In this document: one piece after another, positions 1 to 11,820 of the stretch
How the letters are laid out: every line of letters begins with the position of its first letter
Numbering within the stretch: position 1 is the stretch's first letter
Source: Laetmonice hystrix
Lineage: Eukaryota
Length of the DNA: 64,000 nt
Assembly: GCA_965235115.1 (NCBI GenBank)
Contig: OZ249436.1
Span: 39,310,001 to 39,374,000, forward strand
Reading direction: 5' to 3'
Notes under the pieces: model-generated
Told to the model about the DNA's origin: nothing
Seen by the model: the letters and a program-made list of their open reading frames with translations, nothing else
Databases searched by the model: none
Translations under genes and position numbers: made by a program

Positions 1-379
1 CATACTCTGTTTATCTGCAAAATTAAAAAAAAATCTGTCTCAAACAAATTTTTGGCCTCACACTAGCACTTAAGTTCCAGTCTAGGAGCATGGGCATGCA
101 CTGCTGCCAGCAAGCGAGGAGGCGGCGGGTGGGTGATTGAATTTGAAGGGGGGGGGAGGGGGGTGTCAGTCCCACAAGAGGCTGGCCGAGTGAGTCCTAG
201 CACACAGACAGGGATGGCCAGGTGGTACGTCGGCCGAGACCCGTGTCCCAGCACAGCCGGTGAGTGCAGCCAGTACCCGTGAGAATATATACGACTCATC
301 GTGCAAGTCAAAGGATATCCTTTGTAATGTAACTAGATCTATAGGCCTTATCACTATCCATAACCCTAACGGTAAACAC

Positions 380-1195
380 TAACCATTTTCAAGGCAAACT
401 AAACGAAACAGGTCTGCAGCTGACACTGCCCCGATCTCAATACCGGGTCGTCGTCAGAGTGGGGGCCCAGTGGGGCTGAGCTCCGTCAACATCTCCGAGG
501 GGACGAATTGAATGCAGGCGGCCGAAACCCACGGCTGCCCAGATCCGTGTCCACCCTGATATATCTATAGGCCTACACCCTGATATCGGTAGGCTTAATT
601 CCTAGCCATTCCTCCATACCTGCCAACATTTGGTCTCAATGTGGAATCTTCATCAAATATAGAACAACATTCCTTTTAATAACTTTGTTTCAATAACTAA
701 TTTCTTTCTTCTCTCTCCTTTCCAGACCAAACTTACATGTTCCCCCAGACAACATGGCAGCACACATAAACCATCTTTTGCTGGTAGATATGTGCTTTGA
801 ACGGGAAATTTAAGGTGAATAGATACTTTTTTCTAAATTACGTGATTCCGTACTATTTTGAGAAAAATGCGGAATGCGGAATACATCATTCAAATGCGGA
901 AAGATTCCGCAAAATGCGGAAGGGTTGGCAGGTATGCATCACTATCGATGGTTTCCGTCTATGTTCTAACAAATATAGCTTGTAAGCTGTCAATCTTTTC
1001 TACCTTCCGAATCCCGCAACATGTGTGTCAGTTTTTAGTTCATCTCTTAAACTGGAGAGCAATCGTGTTGCGATTGGTAAGGTCTAGGTCGAGCATGCGC
1101 AGTTCGGGTTTAGCCCAACTAGCAAACGATATGGCGGCATAAACCAGCTGATCAGGCTCTCAGCAGGCTCCAGCACTACAGTGCTTACATTGGCG
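380..1195 (-). mobile_element. Degenerate copy of the 3' part of the LTR-retrotransposon relic at ~19240-19710
   Basis: Shares blocks with 19240-19710, e.g. gaatgcaggcggccgaaacccacggctgcccagatccgtgtccaccct and catcactatcgatggttt..gtctatgttctaacaaat. Confidence 0.6.
615..936. mobile_element. MITE with 13-bp TIRs (CATACCTGCCAAC)
   Basis: catacctgccaac at 615 and gttggcaggtatg ending at 936. The flanks are contiguous in the homologous copy at ~19455-19480, so this is an insertion. Confidence 0.65.
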
Positions 1196-1263
1196 GTGGC
1201 CGTTTCTTTTAACAATCCGTTTAGCCGCCGTTAGGTGCATGGGAAAATATATTGGGAACTTAC

Positions 1264-1353
1264 TATATGAAATGTCTCAATGTCAGTTGACATCAGCGTC
1301 ACTATATGTCCTGTTGAGAAATGGCGGCGGGAATAACTGCTCATGGTCAGTGC
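1264..1353 (-). CDS. ABCC/MRP4-like ABC transporter, internal exon (TMD1)
   Basis: 90-bp phase-0 exon flanked by ag/gtaagt. Encodes ALTMSSYSRRHFSTGHIVTLMSTDIETFHI, matching the ABCC pattern 'AL.LS.......TG.IVNL.S.D'. Confidence 0.85.
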
Positions 1354-1901
1354 CTGTCCAACATATCCAAATGCAAATATGAAGGTTAAGCCAAAAAAGT
1401 TTGGTTTCTTGTCCCCTCGTGCGTCACCTAAAATCCCCCGCTTCAAGTCTTTTTTTTTTAAATCCGACTGCTTCATATGGTGGGTAGTGTAGCGCTGTGA
1501 CAGAACGTTGCAACGGTTCTCTTAGTCTCATTGCTTTTTATGTGAGTTTTTCACATTCTTTAATAAAAACATTGAACATCATTGTATTAGTTTTTTCTTC
1601 AAGATTTCTTCATGCACCCAACAGCAATTGCATTCAAAGAATCAGCCATTGTCTGGTTGCATCCCCAAAAAAGAAATAAGAAAAAAAGCCGCGTCACCTT
1701 ATATGAAGGACAAGAAATGAAACTTTTTTTGGGCCTTAGATAGAATTGTTTAATCCTCCCTTGGAGCCTTTGGTGATTAAGGACAATGCACCATTGGTTT
1801 GCTAGATGGAAGAACACATTTTTCATTGAGGTTTTACAAATCTTTAAGGTATTATATCCTCAGGACATTCAAAGCAAACTTACTCCTATAGATGAACTGA
1901 C

Positions 1902-2117
1902 CTTTTTGAAGATGAGCGCTCCACACGTAGTTCTCATATTCATGGCTGCTATCTGAGACTGTAAAACACGCTGGGAGTCCCAGACAGTGATAAAAACATT
2001 GGCCACTGCCAGAACCATGATAAGAATGTAAGCCGTACTGCTGGTCACGGATGGTGATCCTTGCATGTATCTGAGCAAGTGCACCAGGATCACCGGCTGA
2101 CAGATCTTCAGGACGTC
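1902..2117 (-). CDS. ABCC/MRP4-like ABC transporter, internal exon (TMD1 helices)
   Basis: 216-bp exon, ttttccag/gtcagt. Encodes DVLKICQPVILVHLLRY...IAAMNMRTTCGALIFKK, matching ABCC 'QP..L..L..Y...GM..R......IY.K'. Confidence 0.88.
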
Positions 2118-2472
2118 CTGGAAAATACTAGATGTAAGATCTACATGTATAAATTAAATCTATGTTATTTCGAATAAGGTCTATCTAACACTTACACACC
2201 AAAGGGGAAAATTATGTGGGGAACGGGGCAGTCACCATTGTTAAAACGGCTGTGATTGTTGTAATTTGCGCAAGCCATTCAAACTGTTGAGAATAATTCA
2301 CATCAGTGTACATTGAAGATCACTGAAGCTCTTCAGTGTGGATTTAGAGATTTAGAATGTACTTCATTTTGCATGCTGTTGTACGAAATTTAGAATGTAC
2401 TTTAATTTGCATGCTGGATTCTAGTCTAGTCCTAAGCATAGCTGGGGTTTGGGGGTTCTTCTTGAATCTAAC

Positions 2473-2587
2473 CGTGAGCAATGCCAGGATGGAGGTGAGG
2501 AGGATGTCTTTCCAGCAGAGGATCAGGAGACACTTCAGTAGGCTGTTAGGCTTCATCCGATAGGCCGTCCTTAGTGTCAGCCACTGC
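2473..2587 (-). CDS. ABCC/MRP4-like ABC transporter, internal exon
   Basis: 115-bp exon, ttcag/gttaga. Encodes QWLTLRTAYRMKPNSLLKCLLILCWKDILLTSILALLT (ABCC 'W......KPSL...L....W'). Phase is compatible with both neighbours. Confidence 0.75.
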
Positions 2588-3729
2588 CTGAACATAGAAC
2601 CGTTAATTGACTCACAGGTGTGCAAAAGTTATATTTTCAAAAGGCCAAGGCCATTTTGGGGCCCCTTCCTTTAGGCCTAATTAGGGTATCAGGCTAGACT
2701 GTCTGGAGACACACCCTATGAACTGAATGGGGGGGGGGGGGGGGCGGGGAAGTTCATTATTCTACCATGAATTGCTCCTCTGGTTTGAATAGCCCCAGCC
2801 CGTGTCCACTAAGCCGATTTTCACGTCGTATGGGTATCGGCGATGCATCGCCGACAGTGCCACGATTCGTGTGAGGAATAGGGAACCAAAGTCTCGGACA
2901 TGCGCAGTCGCATGGTGTCAGTCCATTATCGCCCACTCATTGACTTTGGCTTGGGTCAATCAGGCCCCAATAAAAACGGCCCATTAGAAATACTAAACCA
3001 CAACTCTTAATTTTAGAATCTATCCAGACCGAATTTTACAGTAATCCTCGATCTATAAAAGTATATGGCATTCACATCTGTTACTTAATCTTTTCAAGAA
3101 TTACGGGAAAACTGTCAGATTACGAGGGTACGAAATTGTAACGTCACAAACTTCACCGATCTCCGGCGATGACAGTGCTTGAATTAAGAAAGGGGGGACC
3201 TTGCTATACAATTCTAAGTCAGTGACATTGTTTGGTTCAATATTTTATCCCCCTATGTCACGTTTCAACATTCTTCCTTGTGTATTTTAGCAGTTAGAGA
3301 CGTTTGAACTGGCGAAGCGAAGCACCGTCCGCCATTACTATTTAGACCCGTTGTGATCACATTCCAAATGACCATTGTGACGTAGCGCTATTGTGCATTG
3401 TTCCTGACGTCGCTGATTGGGTCTCTCGATTTTAATTCTAATTAATTGATTTTAAAATATCTAAGAGTTTGCTAGGGCACCGAACATTTTTCTAAGCCTT
3501 TCCTACATTCTGTTTCACAGTCTAACCCTCCTTTTTGATCAAAATAGTCACCCCAGCAAGTGTAGTCATGGGTTGAATACAGACGTCCTATCTGCGCCTA
3601 TGTTAAGCGATAATAGGTGTGACACCACTGCGCCGTTTTCACGCGTTTTCACGCACTTTGGCGTGAGTTACTGGGGTTCCCTATAGAGGAATAGGGATGT
3701 TGGTTCCAGTAATGTGTGACGCCACCTTT

Positions 3730-5619
3730 AGCCCCTGTCACACAAGAGATACGAGCAACTGCCGACCTCTGGCAATCAAGAAAAGCTGCGACCAACGACA
3801 ACCACTGCCGACCAAAATCCCCAAACTTGCCATAAATTTAATTGGGCGAGTAGTTGTCGATCGGTAGTACGACAGGTTCCCGAGTGTCGTACGAAAATTG
3901 TCCGTTCGAAGGAAATTATTAAAGATTTATGGACCACCACTCGTTAGAATGTTGTCAAATAAACGGCAACTGGTCGGGCGATTTATCAGCCATAATGAAC
4001 AACTAGTTGCAGATTAGCTGCCGATGTTCGTACGGCATTTGGCAGTCTCTCAAAGAGTACTCTAGGGGGTATAAATTTATACTGTCCTGTCAAGTGGTCC
4101 ACGAATGGTAGAAGACAGATCAGCAGGTGGTTGTTGTTGTTGCGAACGTTTGGCCAATGGTCGGCGATTGCTCATGTATATTTCGCCAACTGATTGCTGG
4201 TCAGTTGCTAGAGTTTGCAGACCAAAAACTGCTCGGCAAGAGCCGGCAGACGTCTGAGACCAGTTGGAGAAATGTCGCCCAGCCTCGGACAAACGATTAA
4301 AGACAAGAACAACCTTTTCCCGACCAGTTTGGTCGGCAGAAGGTTTTCGATGCAGCAGCATAAACCTCTAGCCGACTAAAATGCTCGAACAACGACTTAT
4401 GCTTAGGTCCCACTGGGGAAAAATCATCGGCGATGTAGAAATACACAAATTGGCTCCTGATGGCTCCCGATGCTCCCGAGGTTTTTGGCCCAAACAACAG
4501 AGCAGTCCCATTACAGATGGCACGCATTAGGCATCGGGGATGGTCCAGAGAATGTCCCCCCAACAATGACCATGAATCATCGGGGATGGCTCCCGATGGC
4601 CGGGAAAGCCCCGGGGTACCTTCGTCGATAATCGACCAAGGTGCCGCGGAGCTACCCCGAATTTGAAACACCATCGGGGAAATATCCCCGTAGATTAGGG
4701 GAAGCATCGGTGAGTACTTGCGAACCATCCCCGGTGCCTCCCCAATAACCCTTCCCCGAGGCACCGGGGATGGTTCACAAGTACTCACCGATGCTTCCCC
4801 GGTGCCTTGGGAAGCATTGGGGAGTTATGGGAAGAATGCACTTTCAACCATCACCGACATTTCGGCGAATATTCGGGAATGCAACCCCACATCGGGAATG
4901 TATCACCGACAGGTCGCTGAGAGGTCGTCGGACATGCGGCGGAGATTAAAATATCCCCGGAGGTTCCCTGATCCTTCGCCGAAACAACACACTCGGTTCG
5001 GGGGGACAAAGGTTTCGCAGAAGCTCAGGGGAAGCATCCCGGAGCTTCCCCGCGGCTCGGGAAAGCTACGGGGTTGCCTCCCCGGCCTGTTTTACCGACA
5101 AAACGTCGGGAACACATCAGGAAAAATTTCAATGCAGGCATTGAAATTTTTCACAGTTCTCCCGATGCCTCCCGATGGTCCCACATGACTCCCGACGCTC
5201 GCGAGGCTTCCTCGAAACACCGGGAAACCTGTTCCCGACGCCTCCCGAGGCTCTTCAATTTAGATCGGGAGAACATCCCCGAGGCCAAAAATGCCCAGTG
5301 GGACTTGTTTCGTGGGCTCCCTGGTGGTGGTTGGAACAACCAGCGGTGTGTGGGACGCCCCCTGGTGGAATTTGTAGATCCGGATGGGAAGTATTAAAGA
5401 CCATGTGCTGATAGTCCACCTCATCTTGTTGTCCCGTGATTTACGGAAATTCCCACATCTACTAGCTCATACGGTAAACGAAACAGGACTGAGCCTTTAC
5501 CGAACACTGGTAACCTTTTACAGACTGCCAAAAACCTGTATACAACCTCTGACAACCAACTACCGACCAGTGGTTGTCAGAAGTCGGCAATAAGTCGTAC
5601 CTCCTGTGTGACTGAGGTC
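3730..5619. mobile_element. PIF/Harbinger-like MITE containing a nested MITE
   Basis: Imperfect TIRs gcccctgtcacac / gtgtgactgaggtc with TTA/TAA flanks. Confidence 0.5.
4400..5305. mobile_element. PIF/Harbinger-like MITE (GTCCCACTGGG family), copy 1
   Basis: Termini tgcttaggtcccactggg ... cccagtgggact. Nearly identical to 5623-6108 over shared parts. Confidence 0.65.
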
Positions 5620-5622
5620 TAA

Positions 5623-6108
5623 TGCTTAGGTCCCACTGGGGAAAAATCATCGGCGAAGATAGAAATACACAAATTGTCTCCCGATGGGTCCCGATTCTCC
5701 CGATGTTTTTGGCCCAAACAACAGAGCAGTCCCATTACAGATGGCACTCATTAGGCATCGGGGATGGTCCGGGGACTGTCCTCTGAACAATGGCCGTGAA
5801 TCATCGGGGATGGCTCCCAATGGCCGGGAAAGCCCCGGGGTACTTTCGCCGTTAATCGTCGAAGGTGCCCCGGAGCTACCTCGAATTTGAAACACCATCG
5901 GGGGAAGCTCCCTGTAGATTAGGGGAAGCATCGGTGAGTACTTGCGAACCATCCCTGGGGCCTCCCCAACAACCCTTCCCCGAGGCACCGGGGATGGTTC
6001 GCAAGTACTCACCGATGCTTTCCCGGTGTCTCCCGACGCCTCCCGAGGCTCTTTAATTTACATCGGGAGAACATCCCCGGGGTCAAAAATGCCCAGTGGG
6101 ACTGAGCC
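5623..6108. mobile_element. PIF/Harbinger-like MITE (GTCCCACTGGG family), copy 2, internally deleted
   Basis: taa|tgcttaggtcccactggg ... cccagtgggactgagcca|tta. Confidence 0.7.
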
Positions 6109-6607
6109 ATTAGGAATAGTCGGGGGGGGGGGGGCAATCGGGAGTCAACTGGCACGCTCGGCCGCTGCAGGCGCTATTATGTTTGGTCCTATAGAGGGCC
6201 CTGCGAACGTGGACCCCCCCCCCCCCCCCCCCATCTTGAACATTCAGTGACCTTCAGCGGGGCGGTACTAACAAAATCAACACATGGTGTGAAACTAGGC
6301 TATCGTGGTAGTGGACATGATGAAATCGTATCGGTCAGTCGGCTGGACTGGCCGATGCCCATACAATTACCATCGTGCAGGTTTCGTCGTCGACAAAAAA
6401 ATAGGCTTAGTGGACACCCGGCTTTAATCTGTGCTGCCCAAGACGACGGGTCTGGCAGGCTTGAACACTTGACATAATTTTTGTTTCAACGTGACAATAC
6501 GCCTTCCTAAAAAATCTATTTAGGTGGTGAAGCTGGTTAATGTTTTACAGTGAAATGCGGTATGGGCCTACTTTACAGTTAATGGGGTTAAGTGACACAT
6601 TCAAGAT

Positions 6608-6835
6608 GGGTGGGTGGGACTGGGTGTTTGGCGTTTTACGCCTTGCAACAGCCAGGGTCATATCACGGTGGTGAAGATGATGACGAAAGTCAGTTTTTCT
6701 TTGTGGAGGAAACCGGAGAAACCTTTTCACACATGCAGCCCAGGTCAGGGATCGAACCCGGACCGCAGTGGTGTGAGGCAATGGTCCTTGGTGTCATGAG
6801 CAAACACCTTAGAACACTCGGTCACCCGAGGCCCC
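6608..6835 (-). mobile_element. tRNA-derived SINE
   Basis: On the minus strand: ggggcctcggg head, A-box-like TGACCGAGTG, B-box GGTTCGATCCC, central ccggtttcctccac block and (CCCA)n tail. A partial second copy lies at 11835-12090. Confidence 0.7.
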
Positions 6836-6882
6836 TCTATTCATTCAAGAACTTTACAGGAATGGTAAGAGGTGTCACTGGC

Positions 6883-6993
6883 CTTTCGAAGATGTCTGCC
6901 CGATGCCGCGCTGAGGTGTTGGGCACAACATCGTAGATCGCCTTGTCTTGTAGAGGACGTCTGCTGGACTTAATGAAGAGCTTTGTCATCCAC
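6883..6993 (-). CDS. ABCC/MRP4-like ABC transporter, N-terminal lasso exon
   Basis: 111-bp exon after ccacag. Encodes WMTKLFIKSSRRPLQDKAIYDVVPNTSARHRADIFE (ABCC 'W...LF.....R.L...D.Y'). The in-phase donor is AG|GCCAGT (non-canonical GC). Confidence 0.75.
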
Positions 6994-8185
6994 CTGTGGA
7001 TGACCAATATACTTGCAAAGATCATCGTGTCATGTGTCATGTGTATTCGCCAGGTCAACCCTGTACAGGTTTACGTTGCATAACATATTTTGTTAAGAAC
7101 AAAAAGTTATAAGATAGTACGTACTAACCGTAATATACTAATGAGTAATGGACCAGCGGGCAGGTCTTCAATCCAAGCAATAGTATGGCCTTATATACAG
7201 ACATATGATTTTAAGACTAGACAACCTCGGTATCTGTCGAAAACAGTTTACTTATCTGTAACAAATGTCAAAGAAATGTGATCTAATTTTGGTTAAATAT
7301 AAAAGTTCACCATTTTGTGCCGTAGTTCCGTTCCCGACATTCCTGTGGTCATATCTTTTCAATACTCCACTAAAGGGCTATAAATACACCATTGAAACTG
7401 GTTCTATCCAACCCGAACTATATCATTTGAACATTATGTAACAGATACCCGGCGAATGACTCATAATATCGGAGACTTTTGAGTAGCAACTTGGGACTCT
7501 TTTGCCTCGCGACTTGTGCGCGGACCCCGACCTGTTCACACCCCTACTGTGACGTCAGTAGCATGTTACTCTTGTGCCAAAGACGAAAGTGAGTCTCCAT
7601 GCGGCTAGACATGGGCATTCCCCAACATGTGCTCAGTTGTAAAGTAAACAGACATTCGTACTTTCGTCTCATTACTTGCTGCAACGGTTGAACGGCAACA
7701 TGCCACATACGGGACGTTCCCCATCTTCTTTGACAGCTTCAGCTCAAAAACGCAGGAAACGTGAACGAGATGCCAGTAGAGCTCAACGACACCCGCCCGG
7801 TCATGTCCGCCCCCGGGATGTAGGCCCCTACCCCTGGTCATGCCTTCATGTCCGACCCTCGCCGCTTCGCTGGAGAGGCGCCCGGCAAGGGACACGTTAG
7901 GCCTACCTACGAGGTGGCTCTCATTTTGTTGGGAGCTTAGCAATTACAATAGTTGATCTAGGGTTGTTGGTACACTCCTCTAACTCAGTAGACTGTCCTA
8001 GTCAAGTTGACGGCTTTTTCCACCACGGGCGGCAGGGCGGGCGGTTGACTGAGTCGAGTGCATGTCTATGGCCGAGTTCGATTGCACTACCCTAGGGTCG
8101 AGTAGGTAGGTACATGTACGTCATCATCATGTGATCACTTCCCTATTGCAAGAGTTCGAAACGAACGCAACATGCTTGTTTAAAC

Positions 8186-8410
8186 ATGGCGAACGCTGGC
8201 AGGCCATTCAACATGCCAAATTGGCAGATGATCCTTTATGGGGTCCAAGAATGTTTATTTGATGTTTTGCAAGACCAAGATCAGCAATACTGGTCAAATA
8301 GGACTACAGAATTGCCAGCTGTCAGTGAATTCTTCATTCGCAGATTCCATGTGACGAAAATTGAAGGGTTTGCTGAAAATGTGGTACCACAGTTCAGTCT
8401 GTCTGAATTT
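8186..8410 (+). pseudogene. Possible N-terminal fragment of a Harbinger-type transposase
   Basis: Peptide ...KIEGFAENVVPQFSLSEF resembles the region before the 'F..HFR' motif of DDE_Tnp_4 transposases. Truncated; by-eye similarity only. Confidence 0.35.
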
Positions 8411-8927
8411 ATTGGATATTGGACATATTGGACATTTCCATCTACTGGGTGTATTACTTACAATTATTAGTTATGAAAGTGGATAGGCCTATATTACCAG
8501 GCCCATACCGGGGGGGGGGGGGGTTCTGGCCCTCCTCCATGATACTTCAATGGAATTCCTTAGAATCGGTGCGAATAAACCGGACTACACTTACATTTGC
8601 CCCCCCCCCCCCTCCTTAGGAACCCCTCGCATAGGCCAATCCTGGGTACGGGCCTGATAGTCCATGAGCCAGATAGGTTGATCGGTACCAGTTTGGGGGG
8701 CAAATTGTCACTAGTACCATCTTGTAGTACTACCCAAAGGTAAATAAATTTGGTATGATAGACATTCCAAAGTAGTAGCTTGATCACTGTTTTACAGTGT
8801 TACATTTTACCAAGATATGCCCCCATTAATACAAAGGATTTAGCTTATAACACTCGTAACCATGTATCAGGAATGGCCATAACGGGTTCTATACTTCCTA
8901 TGAAGCATAGAATTACTTCCTATCCAA

Positions 8928-9159
8928 CAGGGGCGGATCCAGGATTTTGGAAAGGGGGGGGGGGCGGTTGAAAAAGGGGGGCTGAGCCCTGCTAGGGGGG
9001 TCCGGGGGCATGCTCCCCGGAAATTTTGAACATTTATAGAGTATCTGAAATGGTATTTCCTGCATTCTGAGGAAGCAAAATGTTTGCTTTTACAGTTGCA
9101 AACAACAAAATTTTGCCTTTTTTCTGATTGGTACCCCTCGCCCCCTAAATCCGCCCCTG
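8928..9159. mobile_element. hAT-like MITE (CAGGGGCGGAT family)
   Basis: caggggcggat...atccgcccctg with a 5-bp TSD TCCAA. Related copies are abundant at 44216-44450 and 48040-52820. Confidence 0.7.
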
Positions 9160-9276
9160 TCCAATATTATTTGGTGTAAGATTCAGATAAAATTTGTATT
9201 TGCATCTCTGAGATTTACTTTTGTATCATTTTGGATGATAGTACATGAATTCAATATGAAATTTTCCGTCTGGTTA

Positions 9277-10143
9277 AGCTGTATCCTCACTGGACGCGTG
9301 CGACGCGAGCGACGCGTGCGACGCGAGCGACGCGAGCGACGCGAGCGACGCGTGCGACGCGAGCGACGCGAGCGACGCGAGCGACGCGAGCGACGCGAGC
9401 GACGCGAGCGACGCGAGCGACGCGAGCGACGCGAGCGACGCGAGCGACGCGAGCGACGCGAGCGACGCGAGCGACGCGAGCGACGCGCGTGTTTTTTTTT
9501 AGAAGTAATGGAAATGAATTGAGCCATCTGCACTGGCCGCGCGCGTCGCGACACAGATAGGACTGGTTCTATTTTTGTCGCGCTACGCGCGCAACAAAAG
9601 ACATCTTGACCAATCAAAAGTGAGATCTACGACCTTGAACTTTGTTCAAGAGTGTCAAGAGACTAATATACACCTATACACGCCTATAGCCTACTCATTT
9701 TTAATTAATTTTAACACTGACGGTGTATCTCATGGAAACCCCGAGCTATTATGTAGGCCTATAGGCCTACCTCTAGAACTCTCATTCAAGAGCATGAGCT
9801 TTAATTCGTAATGCAAACAATTATGAATTGTTTTCCTGTGCCCCCTCCCCCTTTAGGCTTTAGTGATATCCTGGACCCGCAATTGATAGACGGGCATAAT
9901 GTAAATACCTCTATGTTCCTAGGCCCGTAGCCTATACGCAGACGTATCACGCGCATCTGGTGAAGATAGAAAAAATATCGCGTCGCATTACTTCTATTTT
10001 AGAAGTAATGGAAATGAATGGAGCCATCTGCACTGGCCGCGCGCGACGCGCGTGACATTTTTTGTGACGTGCTCCATTCATTTCCATTACTTAAAAAAAC
10101 GCGCGCGGCGCTCGCGTCGCACGCGTCCAGTGAGGATACAGCT
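9277..10143. mobile_element. PIF/Harbinger-like MITE with an expanded 9-bp subterminal repeat
   Basis: ~35-bp TIR agctgtatcctcactggacgcgtgcgacgcgagcg; flanks TTA/TCA. Confidence 0.75.
9296..9490. repeat. (GCGACGCGA)n 9-bp tandem repeat, about 21 copies
   Basis: Directly visible; source of the RRE/SRR low-complexity ORFs. Confidence 0.95.
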
Positions 10144-10144
10144 T

Positions 10145-11820
10145 CAGCCCTTTCCTACGAAGACGCTGGCATTAATACAAAGAAACGTGATGTAAAGACA
10201 TCTTGTTACATAAGGAACTCCTCGAGAACTTGAAACTGGTGAAAAACAATAAAACACCTGGCTCTGATGGTCTCCCTGCTGAATTTTACAAATTCTTCTG
10301 TACAGACACCAATTACCTTGTCTTTTCCTCACTAAATTATGCCTACTCTGTTGGACATCTTTCTATGGAGCAGAAGCGTGGAGTCATAACCCTAATCCCC
10401 AAAAGGGCAAAAATAAACTATTCATAACTAACTGGAGACCTATCTCTCTCCTAATACCGACTATTGCTAAAACACTCACTGCTCGTCTCTGTGCCGTTTT
10501 ACCAGATATTATTAGCGCGGATCAGACCGCTTAATATATCAAAGGTCGTTTCATTGGTGAACATATCCGTGTGATATACACGATATACTGTCCATTGCAT
10601 AAACACGCGGATTATCCTGCATTATAACTACGGTCGATTTTGAAAAGGCTTTCCATACTGTCTCCTGGACCTTCATTAATAAAACCCTTCAGGCCTTTTA
10701 TTTTGGCCCTATTTTCCATAACTAGCTTCCATAGCTTCTAACATAAGAAAAGATAAAGATGTAAAAGGTGTCTTTAGAAATAATTACGAAATTAAAATTA
10801 CTCAAGCTGCTGATGATACTACACTAATTCTCCTTGATTGCGAGTCCCTAAAGAATGCTCCTAAAATCTTAGACTTATTTTTCTAATGCGCAGGCTTAAA
10901 AATTAACTTAAACAAAACGGTGGCAAAATGGATCAATGTTCCACCAAATATAAACTCCCAATCTTTTTGGTATTATATGGACCAACGGAAATATACAGTT
11001 CATTGGTGTTACTTTTGTACGCAATGAGTTTGAATCATACAAGATAAAGATAAACTTCGAAACTAAGATCACTAATCTCCGTAACTTACTTAACTTTTTG
11101 CGTCAGAGAAATCTCTAAATAAAAGGAAAGATCACTGTAATTAATTCGCTTGCCATCTCTCCTTTTATTTATATGGCTCAAATAATTAGCGTAGCCAAAA
11201 ATGTTATCGTTGAAGTAGAAGAACTGTTATATGACTTTTTATGGAGTGGTGGTAGGTCAAAAGTTGCCAAAAGTGTCATCACTCAAACGATAGATAATGG
11301 TGGTTTGAAAATGGTGGATTTTAACAGGTAAGCCAGGTCTCTCTTAAACCTACCTGAACACAAAACCGGTCCATTTTTTCCAATATACAGATATTGTGAC
11401 TTGAAAGCGCTGCCTCCCTTTTATAGGGAGTTACTAACCTTCTGGAACGATATAAAGAATGTTAACCCCACCAATCGGGAACATTATTCTCAAAGAATAT
11501 ATTTGGAATAACAATTCTCTATTAATTGGCAAAAAAACCTTTTGTTGGAAACAGTGGATTAATATGGGTGTACTTTACATTTCTGACTTACTTTTGTTGG
11601 AAACAGTGGATTAATATGGGTGTACTTTACATTTCTGACTTACTAACACCTGACTCTGGCTTTATGTCACATACTGATCTCCATACCAAGGGAGTCCGAT
11701 GTAACTTTCTAGACATATTACAAATACGTCAATGTATACCCTTTGAGTGGAAGGTTATCCTATTTTTAAAGATTCCAACGAATTTTTTAATATAAGTCAT
11801 GACAAAATCTATATCTTATC
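10145..11820 (+). pseudogene. L1/Tx1-clade non-LTR retrotransposon reverse transcriptase relic
   Basis: Frameshifted motifs KNNKTPGSDGLPAEFYKFF, GVITLIPK, NWRPISLL, KGRFIGE, DFEKAF and ADDTTL (YADD-like). Confidence 0.85.

Noticed and set aside
737..780. Possible next ABCC exon (MVYVCCHVVWGN followed by gtaagt)
   Set aside because: Lies inside the 615-936 MITE, and the similarity is short and weak.
7605..7943. First exon of the ABCC gene
   Set aside because: No ABCC N-terminal motif, and no convincing phase-2 donor was identified.
9183..9617. SR/RE-rich protein ORFs
   Set aside because: Translation of the 9-bp tandem repeat within a MITE.
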